NCBI RefSeq assembly: GCF_000186885.1
Contig: NC_014972.1
Coordinates: 1,410,001 to 1,442,000 of the forward strand
Source of the DNA: Desulfobulbus propionicus DSM 2032
Lineage (GTDB): Bacteria; Desulfobacterota; Desulfobulbia; Desulfobulbales; Desulfobulbaceae
Direction: 5' to 3'
DNA: 32,000 nt
The notes under the pieces: model-generated
Told to the model about the DNA's origin: nothing
The model's input: only the letters and a program-made list of their open reading frames with translations
The model's database searches: none
Part shown: positions 8,559 to 16,170 of the stretch, in pieces
How positions within the stretch are numbered: position 1 is the stretch's first letter
How the letters are laid out: every line of letters begins with the position of its first letter
Program-made: the position numbers and the translations under genes

Positions 8559-8574
8559 TGGCATGATTGTTGAT
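8559..8574 (+). promoter_or_regulatory. sigma54-like -24/-12 element
   Basis: TGGCAT-gattg-TTGAT has correct GG-to-TTG spacing relative to TGGCAC-N5-TTGCW, but the -12 C is replaced by A. It lies about 74 nt upstream of the ATG at 8648. Confidence 0.3.
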
Positions 8575-8647
8575 ATTCAACGAACAAGCTAGTCGATGTG
8601 ATTCAGTAGGTGAACCATCAAAATGTAACAACCAACGAGGTGCAACC

Positions 8648-8971
8648 ATGAAAAAGATGAAGAAATTCGTGTTGGCAGTAGGATGCTTGCTGATGGCCAG
8701 TGGCGCCGCATGGGCAGTAGATTATTCAAAACTTTCTACAGATGAGTTGAGTCGTATGAGGGGAACCATGTACAACGCCAGCCAAACGGAATGGAATGCC
8801 TTTCATACCGAATGGTGGAAACGACTCGACAAGATGACTCCGGAACAACGGCAACAGTACTTTGGTCCGGGGCGTGGTGGCATGGCCATGGGACGCGGCA
8901 TGGGACGTGGCATGGGACGTGGTCCGGGATGGTGGGGAGCTGGTGCTGCAAACCAGGGTACCGGCAACTGA
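8648..8971 (+). CDS. small secreted protein with a Gly/Met/Arg repeat tail (possibly Spy/CpxP/ZraP-like)
   Basis: The signal peptide is MKKMKKFVLAVGCLLMASGAAWA. An LTxxQ-like segment (KMTPEQRQQY) is present, and the C-terminus reads GRGGMAMGRGMGRGMGRGPGWWG. The functional class is only a resemblance. Confidence 0.65.
   Translation: MKKMKKFVLAVGCLLMASGAAWAVDYSKLSTDELSRMRGTMYNASQTEWNAFHTEWWKRLDKMTPEQRQQYFGPGRGGMAMGRGMGRGMGRGPGWWGAGAANQGTGN
8888..8923 (+). repeat. 12-bp tandem repeat x3 encoding (MGRG)3
   Basis: The three units are atgggacgcggc, atgggacgtggc and atgggacgtggt, lying inside the CDS above. Confidence 0.9.
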
Positions 8972-9228
8972 ATATATGGGCATTCAGGGCAGGTCTATCC
9001 TCCCAGAGAAACAACTTGATAGTAGCTTGCCCTCATGCTCTGAGTTGGACAATGGCACCATCAAAATAAATCTGGATCACGGATACTCTGTTCTTTTCTC
9101 CGTCAGGTCAATAAATAACGCGGGCCGATACAAGCCGGCTCTATCCACTTCGGGCAATAAAAATGATTCGGGTCTCGACAATTTGTGACGCGTATCGACG
9201 TGATTGTCGGAATGCGCAGGGAGATCTC

Positions 9229-10209
9229 TCATCGGGAAGGGTTGATACCTGGTAAGGATGGGGGTGAATCGCAGGATGTATCAACCGAGCAGCCTTCTTG
9301 ATTTTCTGCTGGAGGGAGCAAAGGATTATTGATGGAGGTTGCACTTGAATGAATGTTGGGCAAGTTTTCTGATTTTCGACCATGGGTGGCGAGGCTGTCG
9401 AGGAAGGCAATACATGCGCTCTCTCCTTTGACAATTGAGAAGCCATTCGTTGTCCGGATTAAGAGAACAGGTATCTCTTCTATTCCCAGTGTGGTGAGCA
9501 GAGCCTTGTTTGCCCCAGCAGAGTATCGCGGATTCAAAATGACTTCAGGAACGGCAAGTGACGATATTGTGTCTATGGGATTAAAATGCATCGAGATAAC
9601 AGCATTATTCCGCATTGTCTTCAGGACTCGTTGACAGTGGCTGCATGTTGAAGAAAAGAAAAGATAGACTGTAGCAGTTGGTGATGCAATGATTCTGCTG
9701 GCAAAAACTCCATCGCGGATGGCGTTGGGATTCTTGTGGCTGCTGTTATATTCAAGGCTGGAAAAAGCAAGGAGAACTACGCCGAACACAAAAAAGCTCG
9801 TCAACAGTTGCTTGATTCCGGCTAGAACATTAAGCAGTGTAATAAATCCTAGAACGATCAGGCAATATGTGCAGAATGTTCCGGCTATTATCTGCTGAAA
9901 ACCAACAAGAACCCCTTCAGCGGCAAGCCCTGCGAGGAGGAGCAAACGGACCAATTGTGCTCGGTTTGCCCCCTCATCGTTAATTCGGAACAGGCACCAG
10001 AACACTGCTTGAAAAAAGAATAGCCCGGTAAAATTGAACCACAGTGGTGGAACTTTGGTTAATTGGTCAACCACTTGACAACCTTGGCTCAAACACAATC
10101 CTTCCTGGCCAAGAAGCAGAATAATAATCTGGGCGGCAACCATTAGGCTGGCGAGTAAAGCTGCCCATTTAACTCTTTGCATGCGCAGCCATTTATTTTT
10201 TCTATACAT
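9229..10209 (-). CDS. VKOR-like membrane thiol oxidoreductase fused to a thioredoxin-fold domain
   Basis: About five TM helices are present, with a loop Cys pair (GLCLSQGC) and an intramembrane CXXC (FCTYCL) as in the VKOR family. A C-terminal soluble domain carries FFSSTCSHCQ (CxxC). The start is uncertain (ATG 10209 or 10182). The 440-aa track ORF extends antisense into arsR and is not credible. Confidence 0.65.
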   Translation of the reverse strand: MYRKNKWLRMQRVKWAALLASLMVAAQIIILLLGQEGLCLSQGCQVVDQLTKVPPLWFNFTGLFFFQAVFWCLFRINDEGANRAQLVRLLLLAGLAAEGVLVGFQQIIAGTFCTYCLIVLGFITLLNVLAGIKQLLTSFFVFGVVLLAFSSLEYNSSHKNPNAIRDGVFASRIIASPTATVYLFFSSTCSHCQRVLKTMRNNAVISMHFNPIDTISSLAVPEVILNPRYSAGANKALLTTLGIEEIPVLLIRTTNGFSIVKGESACIAFLDSLATHGRKSENLPNIHSSATSINNPLLPPAENQEGCSVDTSCDSPPSLPGINPSR

Positions 10210-10285
10210 ACCAGAGCATTTCAAGCAATATATAATAATTTCAGTCGAATGCAACTTTTGCCAAATCGTTGAACGAGATTTCCGC

Positions 10286-10314
10286 TTGACAATAATTGTT
10301 GGTTGATTTACCAA
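10286..10314 (+). promoter_or_regulatory. candidate promoter with a palindrome upstream of the second arsR
   Basis: TTGACA (10286-10291) is followed by a 17-nt spacer and TACCAA (10309-10314, a weak -10). The 11-bp palindrome ACAATAATTGT (10289-10299) overlaps the -35 and spacer. The predicted TSS falls at or next to the ATG at 10322, and no SD is present. Confidence 0.3.
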
Positions 10315-10321
10315 ATGACAA

Positions 10322-10657
10322 ATGGAAAAGCAACGACCGACTGAAAAAGAGATGGCCCTTGTTGAAGCGAAAGCCAACGTCCTGAAAGCATTGGGCCACC
10401 CAACAAGACTGTGGATGGCCGAACAGCTTGCCGATGGGGAAAAATGTGTTTGCGAATTGGCTGAGTTCATCGACGCCGATTTTTCGACCATTTCAAAACA
10501 TCTGTCTGTCCTTAAACAGGCGGGGGTGGTCGACGATGAGAAGCGGGGCAAGCAGGTTTATTATCGGCTTAAAGTGCCGTGCATTCTCAAGTATATGTCG
10601 TGCGTCGAGGCTGTCATCAAAGCAAGCGTGAAAGAACAGGTTGAGATGCTAGCATAA
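10322..10657 (+). CDS. arsR: ArsR/SmtB-family metalloregulator with a CVC site
   Basis: LKALGHPTRLWMAEQL is followed by EKCVCEL, then FSTISKHLSVLKQAGVV (wHTH). Confidence 0.85.
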   Translation: MEKQRPTEKEMALVEAKANVLKALGHPTRLWMAEQLADGEKCVCELAEFIDADFSTISKHLSVLKQAGVVDDEKRGKQVYYRLKVPCILKYMSCVEAVIKASVKEQVEMLA

Positions 10658-10717
10658 TCTGCAAGTATCTTTTTGCTTTTTATATGGTCACTTGGCCAAA
10701 CAAGCAATGGTGTAATT

Positions 10718-12019
10718 ATGGAATGGAAGGTTGAGTGGAAATATCTCCTTTTGATCATTGGTGTTTTTCTCGCCTGTTATTATCTGCCCGTGGGGACGGA
10801 GCGGTTTGACAATGCCATTCTAGAGGCCTTCCATCTCGTCAAATGGTATGCGCAAGAACATGTTCTGCTCTGCCTGGTCCCGGCCTTCTTTATCGCCGGG
10901 GCGATTGGAGTTTTCGTCAGTCAGACCTCGGTCATGAAATACCTCGGCCCGACCGCCAACAAGGTGATCGCCTATGGCGTGGCCGCTGTTTCCGGCACCA
11001 TCCTTGCGGTGTGTTCCTGTACTATCCTTCCCTTGTTCAGCGGTATTTACAGGATGGGGGCTGGACTTGGACCAGCCTGCGCTTTTCTCTATTCCGGTCC
11101 GGCTATCAATGTGTTGGCCATCATTCTCACAGCACGAATTCTTGGCACTGAAATAGGTGTTGCCAGAGGTGTAGGAGCCGTCCTGTTTAGCGTGATTATT
11201 GGTGCGCTCATGGCATTTATTTTCCGTAGTGAAGAACAGGAAAAAGCAACAGTCCAAATGGCCTTACCCGAAGAGGAAGTCAAACGTTCTCTCTTGCAGA
11301 ATGCTCTCTATTTTGCCTCGATGGTAGGGGTTCTGGTTTTTGCTAACTGGGGTAAGCCGCAGGAACCTGTGGGTGTCTGGGCAACCATCTATGCCATGAA
11401 ATGGATGATCACCTCAGGATTTGCCGCAGCTTTGGGCTTGATCCTGATTGTTTGGTTTAAAATGAGGGCTTGGAAAGTCGGTCTGATCGCCGCTCCTGTG
11501 GTGGCCTTTGCAATGTTCTTCCCAGAGCAGCCTGTGGTGGCCTTTGCAGCAGGTTTTGTTGGATTATCCATTTTCACCAGCACAGATAAGGACGAATTAG
11601 GGGATTGGTTCTCCTCTTCATGGGGATTTGCTAAGCAAATTTTACCATTATTGCTCTTTGGCGTGCTGATAGCCGGCGCTTTGCTGGGTCGTGTTGGTCA
11701 CGAAGGCCTTATACCTTCAGAATGGGTTGCCAAAGCCGTGGGCGGCAACTCTCTTCTAGCCAATTTTTTTGCCTCCTTCGCCGGAGCTTTCATGTATTTC
11801 GCCACTTTGACTGAAGTTCCGATCGTCCAAGGGCTCATCGGCAGCGGCATGGGCAAGGGACCTGCGTTGGCACTACTTCTCGCTGGCCCTGCTTTGAGCC
11901 TACCCAATATGCTGGTGATCAATAGTGTCCTTGGAGTGAAAAAAACAGTCACCTTTGTCAGTTTGGTGATTGTGATGGCCACTTTTTGCGGCATGTTGTT
12001 TGGCTCGTTTTTTAACTAA
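10718..12019 (+). CDS. PF03773/DUF318-type permease, long variant
   Basis: This is a polytopic membrane protein whose motif GTILAVCSCTILP is equivalent to the TPFCSCS motif. It has extra central TM segments. The start is uncertain (ATG 10718 or TTG 10673). Confidence 0.8.
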   Translation: MEWKVEWKYLLLIIGVFLACYYLPVGTERFDNAILEAFHLVKWYAQEHVLLCLVPAFFIAGAIGVFVSQTSVMKYLGPTANKVIAYGVAAVSGTILAVCSCTILPLFSGIYRMGAGLGPACAFLYSGPAINVLAIILTARILGTEIGVARGVGAVLFSVIIGALMAFIFRSEEQEKATVQMALPEEEVKRSLLQNALYFASMVGVLVFANWGKPQEPVGVWATIYAMKWMITSGFAAALGLILIVWFKMRAWKVGLIAAPVVAFAMFFPEQPVVAFAAGFVGLSIFTSTDKDELGDWFSSSWGFAKQILPLLLFGVLIAGALLGRVGHEGLIPSEWVAKAVGGNSLLANFFASFAGAFMYFATLTEVPIVQGLIGSGMGKGPALALLLAGPALSLPNMLVINSVLGVKKTVTFVSLVIVMATFCGMLFGSFFN

Positions 12020-12038
12020 TTCAACGGAGAAAAAGACA

Positions 12039-12272
12039 ATGAAAGTTCAAATTTTAGGCCCGGGATGCGCCAAATGTACCAAGCTTATGGATACTGCGGC
12101 AGCAGCCGCTCAAGAACTGGGCATTGCCTGTGAATTTGAGAAGATTTCGGACGTGAATCAAATCATGGGATTCGGCGTTATGATGACCCCAGGTCTTGTG
12201 GTCGACGGGGAAGTGAAAAGCGTCGGCAAGGTGCCATCGCTGGAAGAAATGAAAAAACTATTAAAGAAGTGA
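12039..12272 (+). CDS. small thioredoxin-fold protein (redox-active disulfide protein 2 type)
   Basis: MKVQILGPGCAKCTKL (CxxC) and MTPGLVVDG are present. GGAG lies about 9 nt upstream of the ATG at 12039. It is a paralogue of 6504-6734. Confidence 0.8.
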   Translation: MKVQILGPGCAKCTKLMDTAAAAAQELGIACEFEKISDVNQIMGFGVMMTPGLVVDGEVKSVGKVPSLEEMKKLLKK

Positions 12273-12285
12273 AGAGGAGAAAGCA

Positions 12286-12675
12286 ATGAGTGCAATGCAA
12301 ACCGGATGCGGTTGTTCCTGCGGTGGTGGGGATGCAGGACCAAAAGTCATTTTTTCCTGTTCAGGGTGTGCCGATGTTGGTGAACTCGCTGATCAGGCTG
12401 CACGTAAATTGACCAGGGATGGCGCGGGCAAAATGGCTTGCCTGGCAGGGATTAGTGGCAAGGTCAGTGGCATCGTAAAATCTGCCGAGGCTGCGCAGTC
12501 AATTCTGGCCATAGATGGCTGCCCACTCGACTGCACCCGCAAGACCTTGGAGATTGCCGGGTTCTCCAGAGTTAACCATCTTCGCTTGAGTGATCTTGGC
12601 TTTGAGAAGGGGGATACGGAGGTGTCCCGTGCGTCTATTGCCTCGGTCATCAGCAAAGCAATGATCTACCTTTAA
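12286..12675 (+). CDS. DGC-domain Cys-rich (putative metal-binding) protein
   Basis: The N-terminus reads GCGCSCGGG, followed by FSCSGC, CLAGI and the eponymous IDGCPLDC motif. Confidence 0.75.
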   Translation: MSAMQTGCGCSCGGGDAGPKVIFSCSGCADVGELADQAARKLTRDGAGKMACLAGISGKVSGIVKSAEAAQSILAIDGCPLDCTRKTLEIAGFSRVNHLRLSDLGFEKGDTEVSRASIASVISKAMIYL

Positions 12676-12690
12676 GCGTAGGAGTCGACG

Positions 12691-13086
12691 GTGCGAACGT
12701 ATTCTTTCCCGGGTGCCTTGATGGCTCTCGCCCTATTTGTATCTATTGGACTCTTTGCGCTCTCCCAAACGCCAGTCATGGCAGAGCCTTTGCCAGAAGT
12801 ACCAGCCCCCGGCCTGGTGACCATAGTCGACATTGGGGCTAAAAAATGCATCCCCTGCAAGATGATGGCCCCCATCCTCGAAGAGTTGACCAAAGAATAT
12901 CAAGGACGTGCAGCGGTCATCTTCATAGATGTCTGGGAAAAGCCTGAAGCGGGACCTAAATTTGGTATACGGGCTATCCCTACACAGATCTTTTATGACG
13001 CGCAAGGCAAAGAAGTAACCCGTCATGAGGGCTTTTTGGATAAGCAATCCATTGTCAGCATGTTCACCAAATTAGGGGTCAAGTAA
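12691..13086 (+). CDS. exported thioredoxin-family protein (CIPC active site)
   Basis: The start is GTG with an AGGAG RBS. The signal peptide ends ..LSQTPVMA. The Trx active-site context is GAKKCIPCKMMAP, with the cis-Pro context IRAIPTQIF. Confidence 0.85.
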   Translation: MRTYSFPGALMALALFVSIGLFALSQTPVMAEPLPEVPAPGLVTIVDIGAKKCIPCKMMAPILEELTKEYQGRAAVIFIDVWEKPEAGPKFGIRAIPTQIFYDAQGKEVTRHEGFLDKQSIVSMFTKLGVK

Positions 13087-13088
13087 CC

Positions 13089-13796
13089 ATGGATCAGGTC
13101 TTTCTCACCATCAATGCCTGGATGACTCAGGGCCTCCTCTTGGGGGCCTTGGGCTGTTTTCTCTGGGGCATGGTCAGCGTTTTGTTCAGTCCCTGTCACT
13201 TGGCCTCCATCCCCCTTATTGTCAGTTATGTGGCGGGACAGAATCAAATCGTGGCAGGAAAGAAGGCTGTTCTTTATGCCGTGGCATTTACCATCGGTTT
13301 ATTTATCACCATCGCCACCATTGGCGTTGTTTGCACCTTGCTTGGGCGCATGCTTGGCGATGTCGGACCCTATATGAGCATCGCTGTGGGTGCAATTCTT
13401 GTCTGGGTTTCCCTGGATATCCTCGGCGTGGCCAAATGCTCCATGTCCAGTGGACTTATGGCGAAGATTAAGGTGAAAGGGTTGTTTGGCGCGCTCGTTC
13501 TTGGTTTAGCCTACGGTATTCTTTCCGGATCGTGCACCTTCGGCTTTATTGCCCCCATTCTTGCTATCATTACCGTGCAACAGAAAATCCTCACCGGAGT
13601 CGTTTTCATCCTTCTCTTTGGGATTGGCCATTGCATTCCCATTGCCGTTGCCGGCAGCTCCACCGCCATGGTCAAACGATTTCTGGAAAACAGCGCCTGG
13701 CAACAAGGAAGCGGCCTTTTCCGTAAACTTGCCGGTGTTTGTATTGGCGCCTTGGGGATTTATTTCATTAGCCAACCGCTCATGGCAATAGTGTAG
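13089..13796 (+). CDS. ccdA: CcdA/DsbD-type transmembrane thiol-disulfide electron transporter
   Basis: About six TM helices carry the two conserved Cys contexts FSPCHLASIPL and GSCTFGFIAPIL. The start lies 2 nt after the thioredoxin stop. Confidence 0.85.
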   Translation: MDQVFLTINAWMTQGLLLGALGCFLWGMVSVLFSPCHLASIPLIVSYVAGQNQIVAGKKAVLYAVAFTIGLFITIATIGVVCTLLGRMLGDVGPYMSIAVGAILVWVSLDILGVAKCSMSSGLMAKIKVKGLFGALVLGLAYGILSGSCTFGFIAPILAIITVQQKILTGVVFILLFGIGHCIPIAVAGSSTAMVKRFLENSAWQQGSGLFRKLAGVCIGALGIYFISQPLMAIV

Positions 13797-13831
13797 TTCG
13801 ACCAGGATGGTTCACGGGGAAGGAGACTTCC

Positions 13832-14719
13832 ATGTTCAACCGGTTCATCGTCGCAACGGATTTATCCCCGGCATCCTTTGCAATGGTGCAGCACATTGGG
13901 AACCTGAAGCTCTGTGGTGCTCGTCATTGCCTGCTTTTGCAGTGCCTCTCGCCTGAAGAATATGATTCGACAGTCTTCGCTTATGACACCAAGGTGTTGA
14001 GCAATATCCTCCGACAACAGAAGGAAATTCTGAAAAATCAGGGATATTCAGTTGAAACGCGTGTTGTATCGGGCAACACGAAACATCAGCTTAATCAGAT
14101 AGCCCTGCGAGAAAATTACGCCCTCTTTGTGGTGGGGACACGGGAATATTCCCTTATCGGTGAGAGCTTTTTGGGGGGTGGTGCCAACGATGTAATGCAC
14201 CATGCTTGTAAACCCGTTTTACGCCTGCGGGGCGACTTGGGAACAGGAGAGAAAAATTATGCCACCAACCATTTCAGATTCAATGAGCATGTGCTTTACC
14301 CCACCGACTTCTCCGACAATTCAACTCGTGCGTTCAGGTACGTCAAAGAGCTGGTGGCCTGTGGTGCACAAAGGGTAACGCTTTTTCATGTTCAGAAACC
14401 ACAACATGGCCACAGTCAAAAGGTTCGGCCAGGTGATGCAGGTGATAGTCCCTTGCAGTATTTGAAAGATTTGCAGGAGGCTCTGCGAGGTATTGGCAAA
14501 GCCAAAATTCGAATTGAAATGCGTGAGGGCTCACCAACGCCGGAAATTCTTCGCTGGATGCTGGAGCACGAAGTGCAATTGGTCGTCATGGCATCCCATT
14601 GCCGAAACATGGTTGAAGAATTCTTTGTTGGCAGCGTGAGCCACGATATTGCCCGTCATGCAGAGGCCAGTGTGCTTTTTATCCCTTCGGTACACCCCAA
14701 TTCGTGGTCGGTTCAATAG
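13832..14719 (+). CDS. tandem universal stress protein (two Usp domains)
   Basis: There are two halves, each beginning with a Usp-like strand (FIVATDLSP; VLYPTDFSD). The second half ends GSVSHDIARHAEASVLFIP. Confidence 0.8.
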   Translation: MFNRFIVATDLSPASFAMVQHIGNLKLCGARHCLLLQCLSPEEYDSTVFAYDTKVLSNILRQQKEILKNQGYSVETRVVSGNTKHQLNQIALRENYALFVVGTREYSLIGESFLGGGANDVMHHACKPVLRLRGDLGTGEKNYATNHFRFNEHVLYPTDFSDNSTRAFRYVKELVACGAQRVTLFHVQKPQHGHSQKVRPGDAGDSPLQYLKDLQEALRGIGKAKIRIEMREGSPTPEILRWMLEHEVQLVVMASHCRNMVEEFFVGSVSHDIARHAEASVLFIPSVHPNSWSVQ

Positions 14720-14857
14720 CAATCATGTCGGCACTTTTCAAAAGAACAATTTGGCAGGCGGTTGCCACGGTGTTTTGGCGGCCTTGCCAGGTGAACGCAT
14801 AAAAAACATATCTGTGTGTTCGTAATCCGCGATTCGCAATTAGATTGGAGGTTGGTT

Positions 14858-16159
14858 TTGAACGATACGCTGTTGCAATGGGCTGGATGTTGTTTGGCGC
14901 TCATGTTGCTGGCCGGTGGCTGCGCCAACAAGGAGCAAGGAGAACAGTCGGTCTCTGTCACCGACAAGGTGACTAGCAGCTCATCCACAACCACAAACTA
15001 CAAGGGAAAGGTCGCGAGTTTCTCCAAACGAGCCCAAGCCATATTTTTAACAGTCGGGTCGGGCGCTAACGCACAAACAGTCCGGGTAAAATTCGATGAC
15101 GCAACCAAAGGCGTCGATGAGATCGCAGAAGGCCATTTTGTCACCATCGACTACGAGTTGAGGGATGGCGAGGCCTATGCCACCAGTGTCCAACAAAATA
15201 AAGCGACTCTGCCTGAGGGTGTGACCAATATAGACACCGATGAGCTGTTGCGACTCATCCGGGAACGGGCCTCGTTTGTCCTGGTGGACCCTCGGCCGAT
15301 GGATCGTTACAAGCAATCACATCTCCCCGGCGCGGTCTCCATTTCGATCGATTTATCCGAACAGCAGCAAACCGAGCTACTGCCACAGGATAAAAATACG
15401 CTCTTGGTGTTCTATGATGGCGGACACGGTCGCGGCACGGCCATAACCAGTGCTGCGGCAGCCAAAAATAAAGGATTTGCGAACGTCCGGGTCTACACAA
15501 CGGGCCGGGCGGCCTGGATGGACGCTTCTTTGCCCACCTACTCCACCAGGGAGTATATCCAGAGCGGCAATGTCCTCGTGATCGATACACGCCCTAAAAA
15601 AACGAGTGCGGTCGGTCGAATCAAGGGAGCCTACACCTTGTCTGTCGATACAATCAATGCAACCCTGCGTGATTTGCCCCGTGACGCGCCCATCGTGCTG
15701 TATGGCGACGAGGCAACAAAAGCACTGGAGTTGCTGACCGATGAGGGTTTCACCGCTGTAACGCTCCTGGATGGTGGATATGCGAGTTGGGTTGAAGCAG
15801 GGAGCAAGATTGAGAAAGGGCCGATCTCTACCGCCAAGATCAAATGGGAACGGAAGCTGGAAACGGGCGAGGTGTCGCTGGACGATTTCCGCAAGGCCGT
15901 CTCTGGCAAAGAAAAAGATATTCTTCTCATTGATGTACGTGGCCGTGATGAAATCGGCAAGCAGCCACTCATTACTAACGCCATCAATATCCCCCTGGAT
16001 GAACTCCCCGCGCAAGAAGCCACGTTGCCCAAGGACAAGATGATGTATCTTTACTGCTCCACCGGAGCGCGTGCCAAAATGGCGTACAACGAACTGGCAA
16101 ACGCCGGCTTCAAAGCCAAATTCCTGCGCATGAATATCAAAGATCTTTCTGCCAGATAA
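14858..16159 (+). CDS. lipoprotein with three rhodanese-like domains (only the last has an active-site Cys)
   Basis: The track ORF starts at 14816. A TTG at 14858, 6 nt after GGAGG, gives a signal peptide with lipobox LAGGC. The domain loop contexts are FYDGGHGRG (no Cys), LYGDEATKA (no Cys) and LYCSTGARA (catalytic-type). Confidence 0.75.
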   Translation: MNDTLLQWAGCCLALMLLAGGCANKEQGEQSVSVTDKVTSSSSTTTNYKGKVASFSKRAQAIFLTVGSGANAQTVRVKFDDATKGVDEIAEGHFVTIDYELRDGEAYATSVQQNKATLPEGVTNIDTDELLRLIRERASFVLVDPRPMDRYKQSHLPGAVSISIDLSEQQQTELLPQDKNTLLVFYDGGHGRGTAITSAAAAKNKGFANVRVYTTGRAAWMDASLPTYSTREYIQSGNVLVIDTRPKKTSAVGRIKGAYTLSVDTINATLRDLPRDAPIVLYGDEATKALELLTDEGFTAVTLLDGGYASWVEAGSKIEKGPISTAKIKWERKLETGEVSLDDFRKAVSGKEKDILLIDVRGRDEIGKQPLITNAINIPLDELPAQEATLPKDKMMYLYCSTGARAKMAYNELANAGFKAKFLRMNIKDLSAR

Positions 16160-16170
16160 GGAGATTTATT

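Noticed and set aside
8888-8923. Tandem 12-bp repeats considered as a possible CRISPR or VNTR locus.
   Set aside because: The three in-frame units lie inside a CDS and encode MGRG. There are no spacers, so this is not CRISPR. It is recorded only as a coding tandem repeat.
9176-9209. The hairpin CGACAAT-N20-ATTGTCG downstream of the VKOR gene, considered as a terminator.
   Set aside because: The loop is large, and the T-run on the minus strand lies about 10 nt away from the stem. It is not convincing as an intrinsic terminator.
9229-10551. The 440-aa version of the VKOR-Trx ORF.
   Set aside because: The N-terminal 114 codons run antisense through the arsR gene (10322-10657) and its promoter. 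Family-like sequence begins only after the internal ATG at 10209.
14752-14767. A sigma54 promoter reading of TGGCAG-N4-TTGC.
   Set aside because: The distance from -24 GG to -12 GC is one nucleotide too short. It is kept only as a palindrome observation.
15377-16038. Minus-strand ORFs of 212 aa and 135 aa inside the triple-rhodanese gene.
   Set aside because: They are antisense shadow ORFs with no recognisable domains, and the plus-strand gene has clear rhodanese motifs.
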